Below, piece after piece: positions 37,001 to 52,900 of a DNA stretch of 64,000 nt; within the stretch, counting starts at the first letter, position 1; each line of letters begins with the position of its first letter. The stretch is from Eledone cirrhosa. Taxonomy: Eukaryota. A program made the position numbers and the translations under genes. The stretch is from assembly GCA_964016885.1 (NCBI GenBank), contig OZ024743.1, positions 247,504,001-247,568,000 on the forward strand, read 5' to 3'. Under the pieces are notes generated by a model. It saw nothing but the letters and a program-made list of their open reading frames with translations, did no database searches and was not told where the DNA came from.

Positions 37001-40000
37001 AATTACAGATCGATCCGACCACGGGCGGCCGGCCCGCGATTGAAAAGGTAACTCCGCCGGCAAATCGTCATTTTTGGATTCGTTTTCTTCGAAGCACACC
37101 ATTCGCCGGCGGACTTTGTTGACGTTTAACACGGTTTGGTTCCACAGCCACAACTATTGATTTTACGGAGATATCTTGCTGAAATTCACGCCACACATAG
37201 CCAATGAGTGTCTGCACATGTACCAGTAATTACAGATCGATCCGACCACGGGCGGCCGGCCCGCGATTGAAAAGGTAACTCCGCCGGCAAATCGTCATTT
37301 TTGGATTCGTTTTCTTCGAAGCACACCATTCGCCGGCGGACTTTGCTGACGTTTAACACGGTTTGGTTCCACAGCCACAACTATTGATTTTACGGAGATA
37401 TCTTGCTGAAATTGACGCCACACATAGCCAATGAGTGTCTGCACATGTACCAGTAATTACAGATCGATCCGACCACGGGCGGCCGGCCCGCGATTGAAAA
37501 GGTAACTCCGCCGGCAAATCGTCATTTTTGGATTCGTTTTCTTCGAAGCACACCATTCGCCGGCGGACTTTGCTGACGTTTAACACGGTTTGGTTCCACA
37601 GCCACAACTATTGATTTTACGGAGATATCTTGCTGAAATTGACGCCACACATAGCCAATGAGTGTCTGCACATGTACCAGTAATTACAGATCGATCCGAC
37701 CAGGGGCGGCCGGCCCGCGATTGAAAAGGTAACTCCGCCGGCAAATCGCCATTTTTGGATTCGTTTTCTTCGAAGCACACCATTCGCCGGCGGACTTTGC
37801 TGACGTTTAACACGGTTTGGTTCCACAGCCACAACTATTGATTTTACGGAGATATCTTGCTGAAATTGACGCCACACATAGCCAATGAGTGTCTGCACAT
37901 GTACCAGTAATTACAGATCGATCCGACCAGGGGCGGCCGGCCCGCGATTGAAAAGGTAACTCCGCCGGCAAATCGTCATTTTTGGATTCGTTTTCTTCGA
38001 AGCACACCATTCGCCGGCGGACTTTGCTGACGTTTAACACGGTTTGGTTCCACAGCCACAACTATTGATTTTACGGAGATATCTTGCTGAAATTCACGCC
38101 ACACATAGCCAATGAGTGTCTGCACATGTACCAGTAATTACAGATCGATCCGACCACGGGCGGCCGGCCCGCGATTGAAAAGGTAACTCCGCCGGCAAAT
38201 CGTCATTTTTGGATTCGTTTTCTTCGAAGCACACCATTCGCCGGCGGACTTTGTTGACGTTTAACACGGTTTGGTTCCACAGCCACAACTATTGATTTTA
38301 CGGAGATATCTTGCTGAAATTCACGCCACACATAGCCAATGAGTGTCTGCACATGTACCAGTAATTACAGATCGATCCGACCACGGGCGGCCGGCCCGCG
38401 ATTGAAAAGGTAACTCCGCCGGCAAATCGTCATTTTTGGATTCGTTTTCTTCGAAGCACACCATTCGCCGGCGGACTTTGCTGACGTTTAACACGGTTTG
38501 GTTCCACAGCCACAACTATTGATTTTACGGAGATATCTTGCTGAAATTCACGCCACACATAGCCAATGAGTGTCTGCACATGTACCAGTAATTACAGATC
38601 GATCCGACCACGGGCGGCCGGCCCGCGATTGAAAAGGTAACTCCGCCGGCAAATCGTCATTTTTGGATTCGTTTTCTTCGAAGCACACCATTCGCCGGCG
38701 GACTTTGCTGACGTTTAACACGGTTTGGTTCCACAGCCACAACTATTGATTTTACGGAGATATCTTGCTGAAATTGACGCCACACATAGCCAATGAGTGT
38801 CTGCACATGTACCAGTAATTACAGATCGATCCGACCACGGGCGGCCGGCCCGCGATTGAAAAGGTAACTCCGCCGGCAAATCGTCATTTTTGGATTCGTT
38901 TTCTTCGAAGCACACCATTCGCCGGCGGACTTTGCTGACGTTTAACACGGTTTGGTTCCACAGCCACAACTATTGATTTTACGGAGATATCTTGCTGAAA
39001 TTCACGCCACACATAGCCAATGAGTGTCTGCACATGTACCAGTAATTACAGATCGATCCGACCACGGGCGGCCGGCCCGCGATTGAAAAGGTAACTCCGC
39101 CGGCAAATCGTCATTTTTGGATTCGTTTTCTTCGAAGCACACCATTCGCCGGCGGACTTTGCTGACGTTTAACACGGTTTGGTTCCACAGCCACAACTAT
39201 TGATTTTACGGAGATATCTTGCTGAAATTCACGCCACACATAGCCAATGAGTGTCTGCACATGTACCAGTAATTACAGATCGATCCGACCACGGGCGGCC
39301 GGCCCGCGATTGAAAAGGTAACTCCGCCGGCAAATCGCCATTTTTGGATTCGTTTTCTTCGAAGCACACCATTCGCCGGCGGACTTTGCTGACGTTTAAC
39401 ACGGTTTGGTTCCACAGCCACAACTATTGATTTTACGGAGATATCTTGCTGAAATTGACGCCACACATAGCCAATGAGTGTCTGCACATGTACCAGTAAT
39501 TACAGATCGATCCGACCAGGGGCGGCCGGCCCGCGATTGAAAAGGTAACTCCGCCGGCAAATCGTCATTTTTGGATTCGTTTTCTTCGAAGCACACCATT
39601 CGCCGGCGGACTTTGCTGACGTTTAACACGGTTTGGTTCCACAGCCACAACTATTGATTTTACGGAGATATCTTGCTGAAATTCACGCCACACATAGCCA
39701 ATGAGTGTCTGCACATGTACCAGTAATTACAGATCGATCCGACCACGGGCGGCCGGCCCGCGATTGAAAAGGTAACTCCGCCGGCAAATCGTCATTTTTG
39801 GATTCGTTTTCTTCGAAGCACACCATTCGCCGGCGGACTTTGTTGACGTTTAACACGGTTTGGTTCCACAGCCACAACTATTGATTTTACGGAGATATCT
39901 TGCTGAAATTCACGCCACACATAGCCAATGAGTGTCTGCACATGTACCAGTAATTACAGATCGATCCGACCACGGGCGGCCGGCCCGCGATTGAAAAGGT

Positions 40001-41044
40001 AACTCCGCCGGCAAATCGTCATTTTTGGATTCGTTTTCTTCGAAGCACACCATTCGCCGGCGGACTTTGCTGACGTTTAACACGGTTTGGTTCCACAGCC
40101 ACAACTATTGATTTTACGGAGATATCTTGCTGAAATTCACGCCACACATAGCCAATGAGTGTCTGCACATGTACCAGTAATTACAGATCGATCCGACCAC
40201 GGGCGGCCGGCCCGCGATTGAAAAGGTAACTCCGCCGGCAAATCGTCATTTTTGGATTCGTTTTCTTCGAAGCACACCATTCGCCGGCGGACTTTGTTGA
40301 CGTTTAACACGGTTTGGTTCCACAGCCACAACTATTGATTTTACGGAGATATCTTGCTGAAATTCACGCCACACATAGCCAATGAGTGTCTGCACATGTA
40401 CCAGTAATTACAGATCGATCCGACCACGGGCGGCCGGCCCGCGATTGAAAAGGTAACTCCGCCGGCAAATCGTCATTTTTGGATTCGTTTTCTTCGAAGC
40501 ACACCATTCGCCGGCGGACTTTGCTGACGTTTAACACGGTTTGGTTCCACAGCCACAACTATTGATTTTACGGAGATATCTTGCTGAAATTGACGCCACA
40601 CATAGCCAATGAGTGTCTGCACATGTACCAGTAATTACAGATCGATCCGACCACGGGCGGCCGGCCCGCGATTGAAAAGGTAACTCCGCCGGCAAATCGT
40701 CATTTTTGGATTCGTTTTCTTCGAAGCACACCATTCGCCGGCGGACTTTGCTGACGTTTAACACGGTTTGGTTCCACAGCCACAACTATTGATTTTACGG
40801 AGATATCTTGCTGAAATTGACGCCACACATAGCCAATGAGTGTCTGCACATGTACCAGTAATTACAGATCGATCCGACCAGGGGCGGCCGGCCCGCGATT
40901 GAAAAGGTAACTCCGCCGGCAAATCGCCATTTTTGGATTCGTTTTCTTCGAAGCACACCATTCGCCGGCGGACTTTGCTGACGTTTAACACGGTTTGGTT
41001 CCACAGCCACAACTATTGATTTTACGGAGATATCTTGCTGAAAT
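34008..41044. repeat. Incipient 14-mer HOR (3178 bp) made of two related 7-mers (1589 bp), about 2.2 copies
   Basis: Variant-dependent ORFs recur at 34175/37353/40531 and 34402/37580/40758 (+3178), and at 34439/36028/37617/39206/40795 (+1589). Confidence 0.92.
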
Positions 41045-43995
41045 TGACGCCACACATAGCCAATGAGTGTCTGCACATGTACCAGTAATTACAGATCGAT
41101 CCGACCACGGGCGGCCGGCCCGCGATTGAAAAGGTAACTCCGCCGGCAAATCGTCATTTTTGGATTCGTTTTCTTCGAAGCACACCATTCGCCGGCGGAC
41201 TTTGTTGACGTTTAACACGGTTTGGTTCCACAGCCACAACTATTGATTTTACGGAGATATCTGGCTGAAATTCACGCCACACATAGCCAATGAGTGTCTG
41301 CACATGTACCAGTAATTACAGATCGATCCGACCACGGGCGGCCGGCCCGCGATTGATAAGGTAACTCCGCCGGCAAATCGTCATTTTTGGATTCGTTTTC
41401 TTCGAAGCACACCATTCGCCGGCGGACTTTGCTGACGTTTAACACGGTTTGGTTCCACAGCCACAACTATTGATTTTACGGAGATATCTTGCTGAAATTC
41501 ACGCCACACATAGCCAATGAGTGTCTGCACATGTACCAGTAATTACAGATCGATCCGACCACGGGTGGCCGGCCCGCGATTGAAAAGGTAACTCCGCCGG
41601 CAAATCGCCATTTTTGGATTCGTTTTCTTTGAAGCACACCATTCGCCGGCGGACTTTGTTGACGTTTAACACGGTTTGGTTCCACAGCCACAACTATTGA
41701 TTTTACGGAGATATCTTGCTGAAATTGACGCCACACATAGCCAATGAGTGTCTGCACATGTACCAGTAATTACAGATCGATCCGACCAGGGGCGGCCGGC
41801 CCGCGATTGAAAAGGTAACTCCGCCGGCAAATCGTCATTTTTGGATTCGTTTTCTTCGAAGCACACCATTCGACGGCGGACTTTGCTGACGTTTAACACG
41901 GTTTGGTTCCACAGCCACAACTATTGATTTTACGGAGATATCTTGCTGAAATTCACGCCACACATAGCCAATGAGTGTCTGCACATGTACCAGTAATTAC
42001 AGATCGATCCGACCACGGGCGGCCGGCCCGCGATTGAAAAGGTAACTCCGCCGGCAAATCGTCATTTTTGGATTCGTTTTCTTCGAAGCACACCATTCGC
42101 CGGCGGACTTTGTTGACGTTTAACACGGTTTGGTTCCACAGCCACAACTATTGATTTTACGGAGATATCTTGCTGAAATTCACGCCACACATAGCCAATG
42201 AGTGTCTGCACATGTACCAGTAATTACAGATCGATCCGACCACGGGCGGCCGGCCCGCGATTGAAAAGGTAACTCCGCCGGCAAATCGTCATTTTTGGAT
42301 TCGTTTTCTTCGAAGCACACCATTCGCCGGCGGACTTTGCTGACGTTTAACACGGTTTGGTTCCACAGCCACAACTATTGATTTTACGGAGATATCTTGC
42401 TGAAATTCACGCCACACATAGCCAATGAGTGTCTGCACATGTACCAGTAATTACAGATCGATCCGACCACGGGCGGCCGGCCCGCGATTGAAAAGGTAAC
42501 TCCGCCGGCAAATCGTCATTTTTGGATTCGTTTTCTTCGAAGCACACCATTCGCCGGCGGACTTTGTTGACGTTTAACACGGTTTGGTTCCACAGCCACA
42601 ACTATTGATTTTACGGAGATATCTTGCTGAAATTCACGCCACACATAGCCAATGAGTGTCTGCACATGTACCAGTAATTACAGATCGATCCGACCACGGG
42701 CGGCCGGCCCGCGATTGAAAAGGTAACTCCGCCGGCAAATCGTCATTTTTGGATTCGTTTTCTTCGAAGCACACCATTCGCCGGCGGACTTTGCTGACGT
42801 TTAACACGGTTTGGTTCCACAGCCACAACTATTGATTTTACGGAGATATCTTGCTGAAATTCACGCCACACATAGCCAATGAGTGTCTGCACATGTACCA
42901 GTAATTACAGATCGATCCGACCACGGGCGGCCGGCCCGCGATTGAAAAGGTAACTCCGCCGGCAAATCGCCATTTTTGGATTCGTTTTCTTCGAAGCACA
43001 CCATTCGCCGGCGGACTTTGCTGACGTTTAACACGGTTTGGTTCCACAGCCACAACTATTGATTTTACGGAGATATCTTGCTGAAATTGACGCCACACAT
43101 AGCCAATGAGTGTCTGCACATGTACCAGTAATTACAGATCGATCCGACCAGGGGCGGCCGGCCCGCGATTGAAAAGGTAACTCCGCCGGCAAATCGTCAT
43201 TTTTGGATTCGTTTTCTTCGAAGCACACCATTCGCCGGCGGACTTTGCTGACGTTTAACACGGTTTGGTTCCACAGCCACAACTATTGATTTTACGGAGA
43301 TATCTTGCTGAAATTCACGCCACACATAGCCAATGAGTGTCTGCACATGTACCAGTAATTACAGATCGATCCGACCACGGGCGGCCGGCCCGCGATTGAA
43401 AAGGTAACTCCGCCGGCAAATCGTCATTTTTGGATTCGTTTTCTTCGAAGCACACCATTCGCCGGCGGACTTTGTTGACGTTTAACACGGTTTGGTTCCA
43501 CAGCCACAACTATTGATTTTACGGAGATATCTTGCTGAAATTCACGCCACACATAGCCAATGAGTGTCTGCACATGTACCAGTAATTACAGATCGATCCG
43601 ACCACGGGCGGCCGGCCCGCGATTGAAAAGGTAACTCCGCCGGCAAATCGTCATTTTTGGATTCGTTTTCTTCGAAGCACACCATTCGCCGGCGGACTTT
43701 GCTGACGTTTAACACGGTTTGGTTCCACAGCCACAACTATTGATTTTACGGAGATATCTTGCTGAAATTCACGCCACACATAGCCAATGAGTGTCTGCAC
43801 ATGTACCAGTAATTACAGATCGATCCGACCACGGGTGGCCGGCCCGCGATTGAAAAGGTAACTCCGCCGGCAAATCGCCATTTTTGGATTCGTTTTCTTT
43901 GAAGCACACCATTCGCCGGCGGACTTTGTTGACGTTTAACACGGTTTGGTTCCACAGCCACAACTATTGATTTTACGGAGATATCTTGCTGAAAT

Positions 43996-46900
43996 TCACG
44001 CCACACATAGCCAATGAGTGTCTGCACATGTACCAGTAATTACAGATCGATCCGACCACGGGCGGCCGGCCCGCGATTGAAAAGGTAACTCCGCCGGCAA
44101 ATCGCCATTTTTGGATTCGTTTTCTTCGAAGCACACCATTCGCCGGCGGACTTTGCTGACGTTTAACACGGTTTGGTTCCACAGCCACAACTATTGATTT
44201 TACGGAGATATCTTGCTGAAATTGACGCCACACATAGCCAATGAGTGTCTGCACATGTACCAGTAATTACAGATCGATCCGACCAGGGGCGGCCGGCCCG
44301 CGATTGAAAAGGTAACTCCGCCGGCAAATCGTCATTTTTGGATTCGTTTTCTTCGAAGCACACCATTCGCCGGCGGACTTTGCTGACGTTTAACACGGTT
44401 TGGTTCCACAGCCACAACTATTGATTTTACGGAGATATCTTGCTGAAATTCACGCCACACATAGCCAATGAGTGTCTGCACATGTACCAGTAATTACAGA
44501 TCGATCCGACCACGGGCGGCCGGCCCGCGATTGAAAAGGTAACTCCGCCGGCAAATCGTCATTTTTGGATTCGTTTTCTTCGAAGCACACCATTCGCCGG
44601 CGGACTTTGTTGACGTTTAACACGGTTTGGTTCCACAGCCACAACTATTGATTTTACGGAGATATCTTGCTGAAATTCACGCCACACATAGCCAATGAGT
44701 GTCTGCACATGTACCAGTAATTACAGATCGATCCGACCACGGGCGGCCGGCCCGCGATTGAAAAGGTAACTCCGCCGGCAAATCGTCATTTTTGGATTCG
44801 TTTTCTTCGAAGCACACCATTCGCCGGCGGACTTTGCTGACGTTTAACACGGTTTGGTTCCACAGCCACAACTATTGATTTTACGGAGATATCTTGCTGA
44901 AATTCACGCCACACATAGCCAATGAGTGTCTGCACATGTACCAGTAATTACAGATCGATCCGACCACGGGCGGCCGGCCCGCGATTGAAAAGGTAACTCC
45001 GCCGGCAAATCGTCATTTTTGGATTCGTTTTCTTCGAAGCACACCATTCGCCGGCGGACTTTGTTGACGTTTAACACGGTTTGGTTCCACAGCCACAACT
45101 ATTGATTTTACGGAGATATCTTGCTGAAATTCACGCCACACATAGCCAATGAGTGTCTGCACATGTACCAGTAATTACAGATCGATCCGACCACGGGCGG
45201 CCGGCCCGCGATTGAAAAGGTAACTCCGCCGGCAAATCGTCATTTTTGGATTCGTTTTCTTCGAAGCACACCATTCGCCGGCGGACTTTGCTGACGTTTA
45301 ACACGGTTTGGTTCCACAGCCACAACTATTGATTTTACGGAGATATCTTGCTGAAATTCACGCCACACATAGCCAATGAGTGTCTGCACATGTACCAGTA
45401 ATTACAGATCGATCCGACCACGGGCGGCCGGCCCGCGATTGAAAAGGTAACTCCGCCGGCAAATCGTCATTTTTGGATTCGTTTTCTTCGAAGCACACCA
45501 TTCGCCGGCGGACTTTGTTGACGTTTAACACGGTTTGGTTCCACAGCCACAACTATTGATTTTACGGAGATATCTTGCTGAAATTCACGCCACACATAGC
45601 CAATGAGTGTCTGCACATGTACCAGTAATTACAGATCGATCCGACCAGGGGCGGCCGGCCCGCGATTGAAAAGGTAACTCCGCCGGCAAATCGTCATTTT
45701 TGGATTCGTTTTCTTCGAAGCACACCATTCGCCGGCGGACTTTGCTGACGTTTAACACGGTTTGGTTCCACAGCCACAACTATTGATTTTACGGAGATAT
45801 CTTGCTGAAATTCACGCCACACATAGCCAATGAGTGTCTGCACATGTACCAGTAATTACAGATCGATCCGACCACGGGCGGCCGGCCCGCGATTGAAAAG
45901 GTAACTCCGCCGGCAAATCGTCATTTTTGGATTCGTTTTCTTCGAAGCACACCATTCGCCGGCGGACTTTGTTGACGTTTAACACGGTTTGGTTCCACAG
46001 CCACAACTATTGATTTTACGGAGATATCTTGCTGAAATTCACGCCACACATAGCCAATGAGTGTCTGCACATGTACCAGTAATTACAGATCGATCCGACC
46101 ACGGGCGGCCGGCCCGCGATTGAAAAGGTAACTCCGCCGGCAAATCGTCATTTTTGGATTCGTTTTCTTCGAAGCACACCATTCGCCGGCGGACTTTGCT
46201 GACGTTTAACACGGTTTGGTTCCACAGCCACAACTATTGATTTTACGGAGATATCTTGCTGAAATTCACGCCACACATAGCCAATGAGTGTCTGCACATG
46301 TACCAGTAATTACAGATCGATCCGACCACGGGCGGCCGGCCCGCGATTGAAAAGGTAACTCCGCCGGCAAATCGTCATTTTTGGATTCGTTTTCTTCGAA
46401 GCACACCATTCGCCGGCGGACTTTGTTGACGTTTAACACGGTTTGGTTCCACAGCCACAACTATTGATTTTACGGAGATATCTTGCTGAAATTCACGCCA
46501 CACATAGCCAATGAGTGTCTGCACATGTACCAGTAATTACAGATCGATCCGACCACGGGCGGCCGGCCCGCGATTGAAAAGGTAACTCCGCCGGCAAATC
46601 GTCATTTTTGGATTCGTTTTCTTCGAAGCACACCATTCGCCGGCGGACTTTGTTGACGTTTAACACGGTTTGGTTCCACAGCCACAACTATTGATTTTAC
46701 GGAGATATCTTGCTGAAATTCACGCCACACATAGCCAATGAGTGTCTGCACATGTACCAGTAATTACAGATCGATCCGACCACGGGCGGCCGGCCCGCGA
46801 TTGAAAAGGTAACTCCGCCGGCAAATCGTCATTTTTGGATTCGTTTTCTTCGAAGCACACCATTCGCCGGCGGACTTTGCTGACGTTTAACACGGTTTGG

Positions 46901-49900
46901 TTCCACAGCCACAACTATTGATTTTACGGAGATATCTTGCTGAAATTCACGCCACACATAGCCAATGAGTGTCTGCACATGTACCAGTAATTACAGATCG
47001 ATCCGACCACGGGCGGCCGGCCCGCGATTGAAAAGGTAACTCCGCCGGCAAATCGTCATTTTTGGATTCGTTTTCTTCGAAGCACACCATTCTCGCCGGC
47101 GGACTTTGTTGACGTTTAACACGGTTTGGTTCCACAGCCACAACTATTGATTTTACGGAGATATCTTGCTGAAATTCACGCCACACATAGCCAATGAGTG
47201 TCTGCACATGTACCAGTAATTACAGATCGATCCGACCACGGGCGGCCGGCCGCGATTGAAAAGGTAACTCCGCCGGCAAATCGTCATTTTTGGATTCGTT
47301 TTCTTCGAAGCACACCATTCGCCGGCGGACTTTGTTGACGTTTAACACGGTTTGGTTCCACAGCCACAACTATTGATTTTACGGAGATATCTTGCTGAAA
47401 TTCACGCCACACATAGCCAATGAGTGTCTGCACATGTACCAGTAATTACAGATCGATCCGACCACGGGCGGCCGGCCCGCGATTGAAAAGGTAACTCCGC
47501 CGGCAAATCGTCATTTTTGGATTCGTTTTCTTCGAAGCACACCATTCGCCGGCGGACTTTGCTGACGTTTAACACGGTTTGGTTCCACAGCCACAACTAT
47601 TGATTTTACGGAGATATCTTGCTGAAATTCACGCCACACATAGCCAATGAGTGTCTGCACATGTACCAGTAATTACAGATCGATCCGACCACGGGCGGCC
47701 GGCCCGCGATTGAAAAGGTAACTCCGCCGGCAAATCGTCATTTTTGGATTCGTTTTCTTCGAAGCACACCATTCGCCGGCGGACTTTGTTGACGTTTAAC
47801 ACGGTTTGGTTCCACAGCCACAACTATTGATTTTACGGAGATATCTTGCTGAAATTCACGCCACACATAGCCAATGAGTGTCTGCACATGTACCAGTAAT
47901 TACAGATCGATCCGACCAGGGCGGCCGGCCCGCGATTGAAAAGGTAACTCCGCCGGCAAATCGTCATTTTTGGATTCGTTTTCTTCGAAGCACACCATTC
48001 GCCGGCGGACTTTGCTGACGTTTAACACGGTTTGGTTCCACAGCCACAACTATTGATTTTACGGAGATATCTTGCTGAAATTCACGCCACACATAGCCAA
48101 TGAGTGTCTGCACATGTACCAGTAATTACAGATCGATCCGACCACGGGCGGCCGGCCCGCGATTGAAAAGGTAACTCCGCCGGCAAATCGTCATTTTTGG
48201 ATTCGTTTTCTTCGAAGCACACCATTCGCCGGCGGACTTTGTTGACGTTTAACACGGTTTGGTTCCACAGCCACAACTATTGATTTTACGGAGATATCTT
48301 GCTGAAATTCACGCCACACATAGCCAATGAGTGTCTGCACATGTACCAGTAATTACAGATCGATCCGACCACGGGCGGCCGGCCCGCGATTGAAAAGGTA
48401 ACTCCGCCGGCAAATCGTCATTTTTGGATTCGTTTTCTTCGAAGCACACCATTCGCCGGCGGACTTTGCTGACGTTTAACACGGTTTGGTTCCACAGCCA
48501 CAACTATTGATTTTACGGAGATATCTTGCTGAAATTCACGCCACACATAGCCAATGAGTGTCTGCACATGTACCAGTAATTACAGATCGATCCGACCACG
48601 GGCGGCCGGCCCGCGATTGAAAAGGTAACTCCGCCGGCAAATCGTCATTTTTGGATTCGTTTTCTTCGAAGCACACCATTCGCCGGCGGACTTTGTTGAC
48701 GTTTAACACGGTTTGGTTCCACAGCCACAACTATTGATTTTACGGAGATATCTTGCTGAAATTCACGCCACACATAGCCAATGAGTGTCTGCACATGTAC
48801 CAGTAATTACAGATCGATCCGACCACGGGCGGCCGGCCCGCGATTGAAAAGGTAACTCCGCCGGCAAATCGTCATTTTTGGATTCGTTTTCTTCGAAGCA
48901 CACCATTCGCCGGCGGACTTTGTTGACGTTTAACACGGTTTGGTTCCACAGCCACAACTATTGATTTTACGGAGATATCTTGCTGAAATTCACGCCACAC
49001 ATAGCCAATGAGTGTCTGCACATGTACCAGTAATTACAGATCGATCCGACCACGGGCGGCCGGCCCGCGATTGAAAAGGTAACTCCGCCGGCAAATCGTC
49101 ATTTTTGGATTCGTTTTCTTCGAAGCACACCATTCGCCGGCGGACTTTGCTGACGTTTAACACGGTTTGGTTCCACAGCCACAACTATTGATTTTACGGA
49201 GATATCTTGCTGAAATTCACGCCACACATAGCCAATGAGTGTCTGCACATGTACCAGTAATTACAGATCGATCCGACCACGGGCGGCCGGCCCGCGATTG
49301 AAAAGGTAACTCCGCCGGCAAATCGTCATTTTTGGATTCGTTTTCTTCGAAGCACACCATTCGCCGGCGGACTTTGTTGACGTTTAACACGGTTTGGTTC
49401 CACAGCCACAACTATTGATTTTACGGAGATATCTTGCTGAAATTCACGCCACACATAGCCAATGAGTGTCTGCACATGTACCAGTAATTACAGATCGATC
49501 CGACCACGGGCGGCCGGCCCGCGATTGAAAAGGTAACTCCGCCGGCAAATCGTCATTTTTGGATTCGTTTTCTTCGAAGCACACCATTCGCCGGCGGACT
49601 TTGCTGACGTTTAACACGGTTTGGTTCCACAGCCACAACTATTGATTTTACGGAGATATCTTGCTGAAATTCACGCCACACATAGCCAATGAGTGTCTGC
49701 ACATGTACCAGTAATTACAGATCGATCCGACCACGGGCGGCCGGCCCGCGATTGAAAAGGTAACTCCGCCGGCAAATCGTCATTTTTGGATTCGTTTTCT
49801 TCGAAGCACACCATTCGCCGGCGGACTTTGTTGACGTTTAACACGGTTTGGTTCCACAGCCACAACTATTGATTTTACGGAGATATCTTGCTGAAATTCA

Positions 49901-52900
49901 CGCCACACATAGCCAATGAGTGTCTGCACATGTACCAGTAATTACAGATCGATCCGACCACGGGCGGCCGGCCCGCGATTGAAAAGGTAACTCCGCCGGC
50001 AAATCGTCATTTTTGGATTCGTTTTCTTCGAAGCACACCATTCGCCGGCGGACTTTGTTGACGTTTAACACGGTTTGGTTCCACAGCCACAACTATTGAT
50101 TTTACGGAGATATCTTGCTGAAATTCACGCCACACATAGCCAATGAGTGTCTGCACATGTACCAGTAATTACAGATCGATCCGACCACGGGCGGCCGGCC
50201 CGCGATTGAAAAGGTAACTCCGCCGGCAAATCGTCATTTTTGGATTCGTTTTCTTCGAAGCACACCATTCGCCGGCGGACTTTGCTGACGTTTAACACGG
50301 TTTGGTTCCACAGCCACAACTATTGATTTTACGGAGATATCTTGCTGAAATTCACGCCACACATAGCCAATGAGTGTCTGCACATGTACCAGTAATTACA
50401 GATCGATCCGACCACGGGCGGCCGGCCCGCGATTGAAAAGGTAACTCCGCCGGCAAATCGTCATTTTTGGATTCGTTTTCTTCGAAGCACACCATTCGCC
50501 GGCGGACTTTGTTGACGTTTAACACGGTTTGGTTCCACAGCCACAACTATTGATTTTACGGAGATATCTTGCTGAAATTCACGCCACACATAGCCAATGA
50601 GTGTCTGCACATGTACCAGTAATTACAGATCGATCCGACCACGGGCGGCCGGCCCGCGATTGAAAAGGTAACTCCGCCGGCAAATCGTCATTTTTGGATT
50701 CGTTTTCTTCGAAGCACACCATTCGCCGGCGGACTTTGCTGACGTTTAACACGGTTTGGTTCCACAGCCACAACTATTGATTTTACGGAGATATCTTGCT
50801 GAAATTCACGCCACACATAGCCAATGAGTGTCTGCACATGTACCAGTAATTACAGATCGATCCGACCACGGGCGGCCGGCCCGCGATTGAAAAGGTAACT
50901 CCGCCGGCAAATCGTCATTTTTGGATTCGTTTTCTTCGAAGCACACCATTCGCCGGCGGACTTTGTTGACGTTTAACACGGTTTGGTTCCACAGCCACAA
51001 CTATTGATTTTACGGAGATATCTTGCTGAAATTCACGCCACACATAGCCAATGAGTGTCTGCACATGTACCAGTAATTACAGATCGATCCGACCAGGGGC
51101 GGCCGGCCCGCGATTGAAAAGGTAACTCCGCCGGCAAATCGTCATTTTTGGATTCGTTTTCTTCGAAGCACACCATTCGCCGGCGGACTTTGCTGACGTT
51201 TAACACGGTTTGGTTCCACAGCCACAACTATTGATTTTACGGAGATATCTTGCTGAAATTCACGCCACACATAGCCAATGAGTGTCTGCACATGTACCAG
51301 TAATTACAGATCGATCCGACCACGGGCGGCCGGCCCGCGATTGAAAAGGTAACTCCGCCGGCAAATCGTCATTTTTGGATTCGTTTTCTTCGAAGCACAC
51401 CATTCGCCGGCGGACTTTGCTGACGTTTAACACGGTTTGGTTCCACAGCCACAACTATTGATTTTACGGAGATATCTTGCTGAAATTCACGCCACACATA
51501 GCCAATGAGTGTCTGCACATGTACCAGTAATTACAGATCGATCCGACCACGGGCGGCCGGCCCGCGATTGAAAAGGTAACTCCGCCGGCAAATCGTCATT
51601 TTTGGATTCGTTTTCTTCGAAGCACACCATTCGCCGGCGGACTTTGTTGACGTTTAACACGGTTTGGTTCCACAGCCACAACTATTGATTTTACGGAGAT
51701 ATCTTGCTGAAATTCACGCCACACATAGCCAATGAGTGTCTGCACATGTACCAGTAATTACAGATCGATCCGACCACGGGCGGCCGGCCCGCGATTGAAA
51801 AGGTAACTCCGCCGGCAAATCGTCATTTTTGGATTCGTTTTCTTCGAAGCACACCATTCGCCGGCGGACTTTGCTGACGTTTAACACGGTTTGGTTCCAC
51901 AGCCACAACTATTGATTTTACGGAGATATCTTGCTGAAATTCACGCCACACATAGCCAATGAGTGTCTGCACATGTACCAGTAATTACAGATCGATCCGA
52001 CCACGGGCGGCCGGCCCGCGATTGAAAAGGTAACTCCGCCGGCAAATCGTCATTTTTGGATTCGTTTTCTTCGAAGCACACCATTCGCCGGCGGACTTTG
52101 CTGACGTTTAACACGGTTTGGTTCCACAGCCACAACTATTGATTTTACGGAGATATCTTGCTGAAATTGACGCCACACATAGCCAATGAGTGTCTGCACA
52201 TGTACCAGTAATTACAGATCGATCCGACCACGGGTGGCCGGCCCGCGATTGAAAAGGTAACTCCGCCGGCAAATCGCCATTTTTGGATTCGTTTTCTTTG
52301 AAGCACACCATTCGCCGGCGGACTTTGTTGACGTTTAACACGGTTTGGTTCCACAGCCACAACTATTGATTTTACGGAGATATCTTGCTGAAATTCACGC
52401 CACACATAGCCAATGAGTGTCTGCACATGTACCAGTAATTACAGATCGATCCGACCACGGGCGGCCGGCCCGCGATTGAAAAGGTAACTCCGCCGGCAAA
52501 TCGCCATTTTTGGATTCGTTTTCTTCGAAGCACACCATTCGCCGGCGGACTTTGCTGACGTTTAACACGGTTTGGTTCCACAGCCACAACTATTGATTTT
52601 ACGGAGATATCTTGCTGAAATTGACGCCACACATAGCCAATGAGTGTCTGCACATGTACCAGTAATTACAGATCGATCCGACCAGGGGCGGCCGGCCCGC
52701 GATTGAAAAGGTAACTCCGCCGGCAAATCGTCATTTTTGGATTCGTTTTCTTCGAAGCACACCATTCGCCGGCGGACTTTGCTGACGTTTAACACGGTTT
52801 GGTTCCACAGCCACAACTATTGATTTTACGGAGATATCTTGCTGAAATTCACGCCACACATAGCCAATGAGTGTCTGCACATGTACCAGTAATTACAGAT

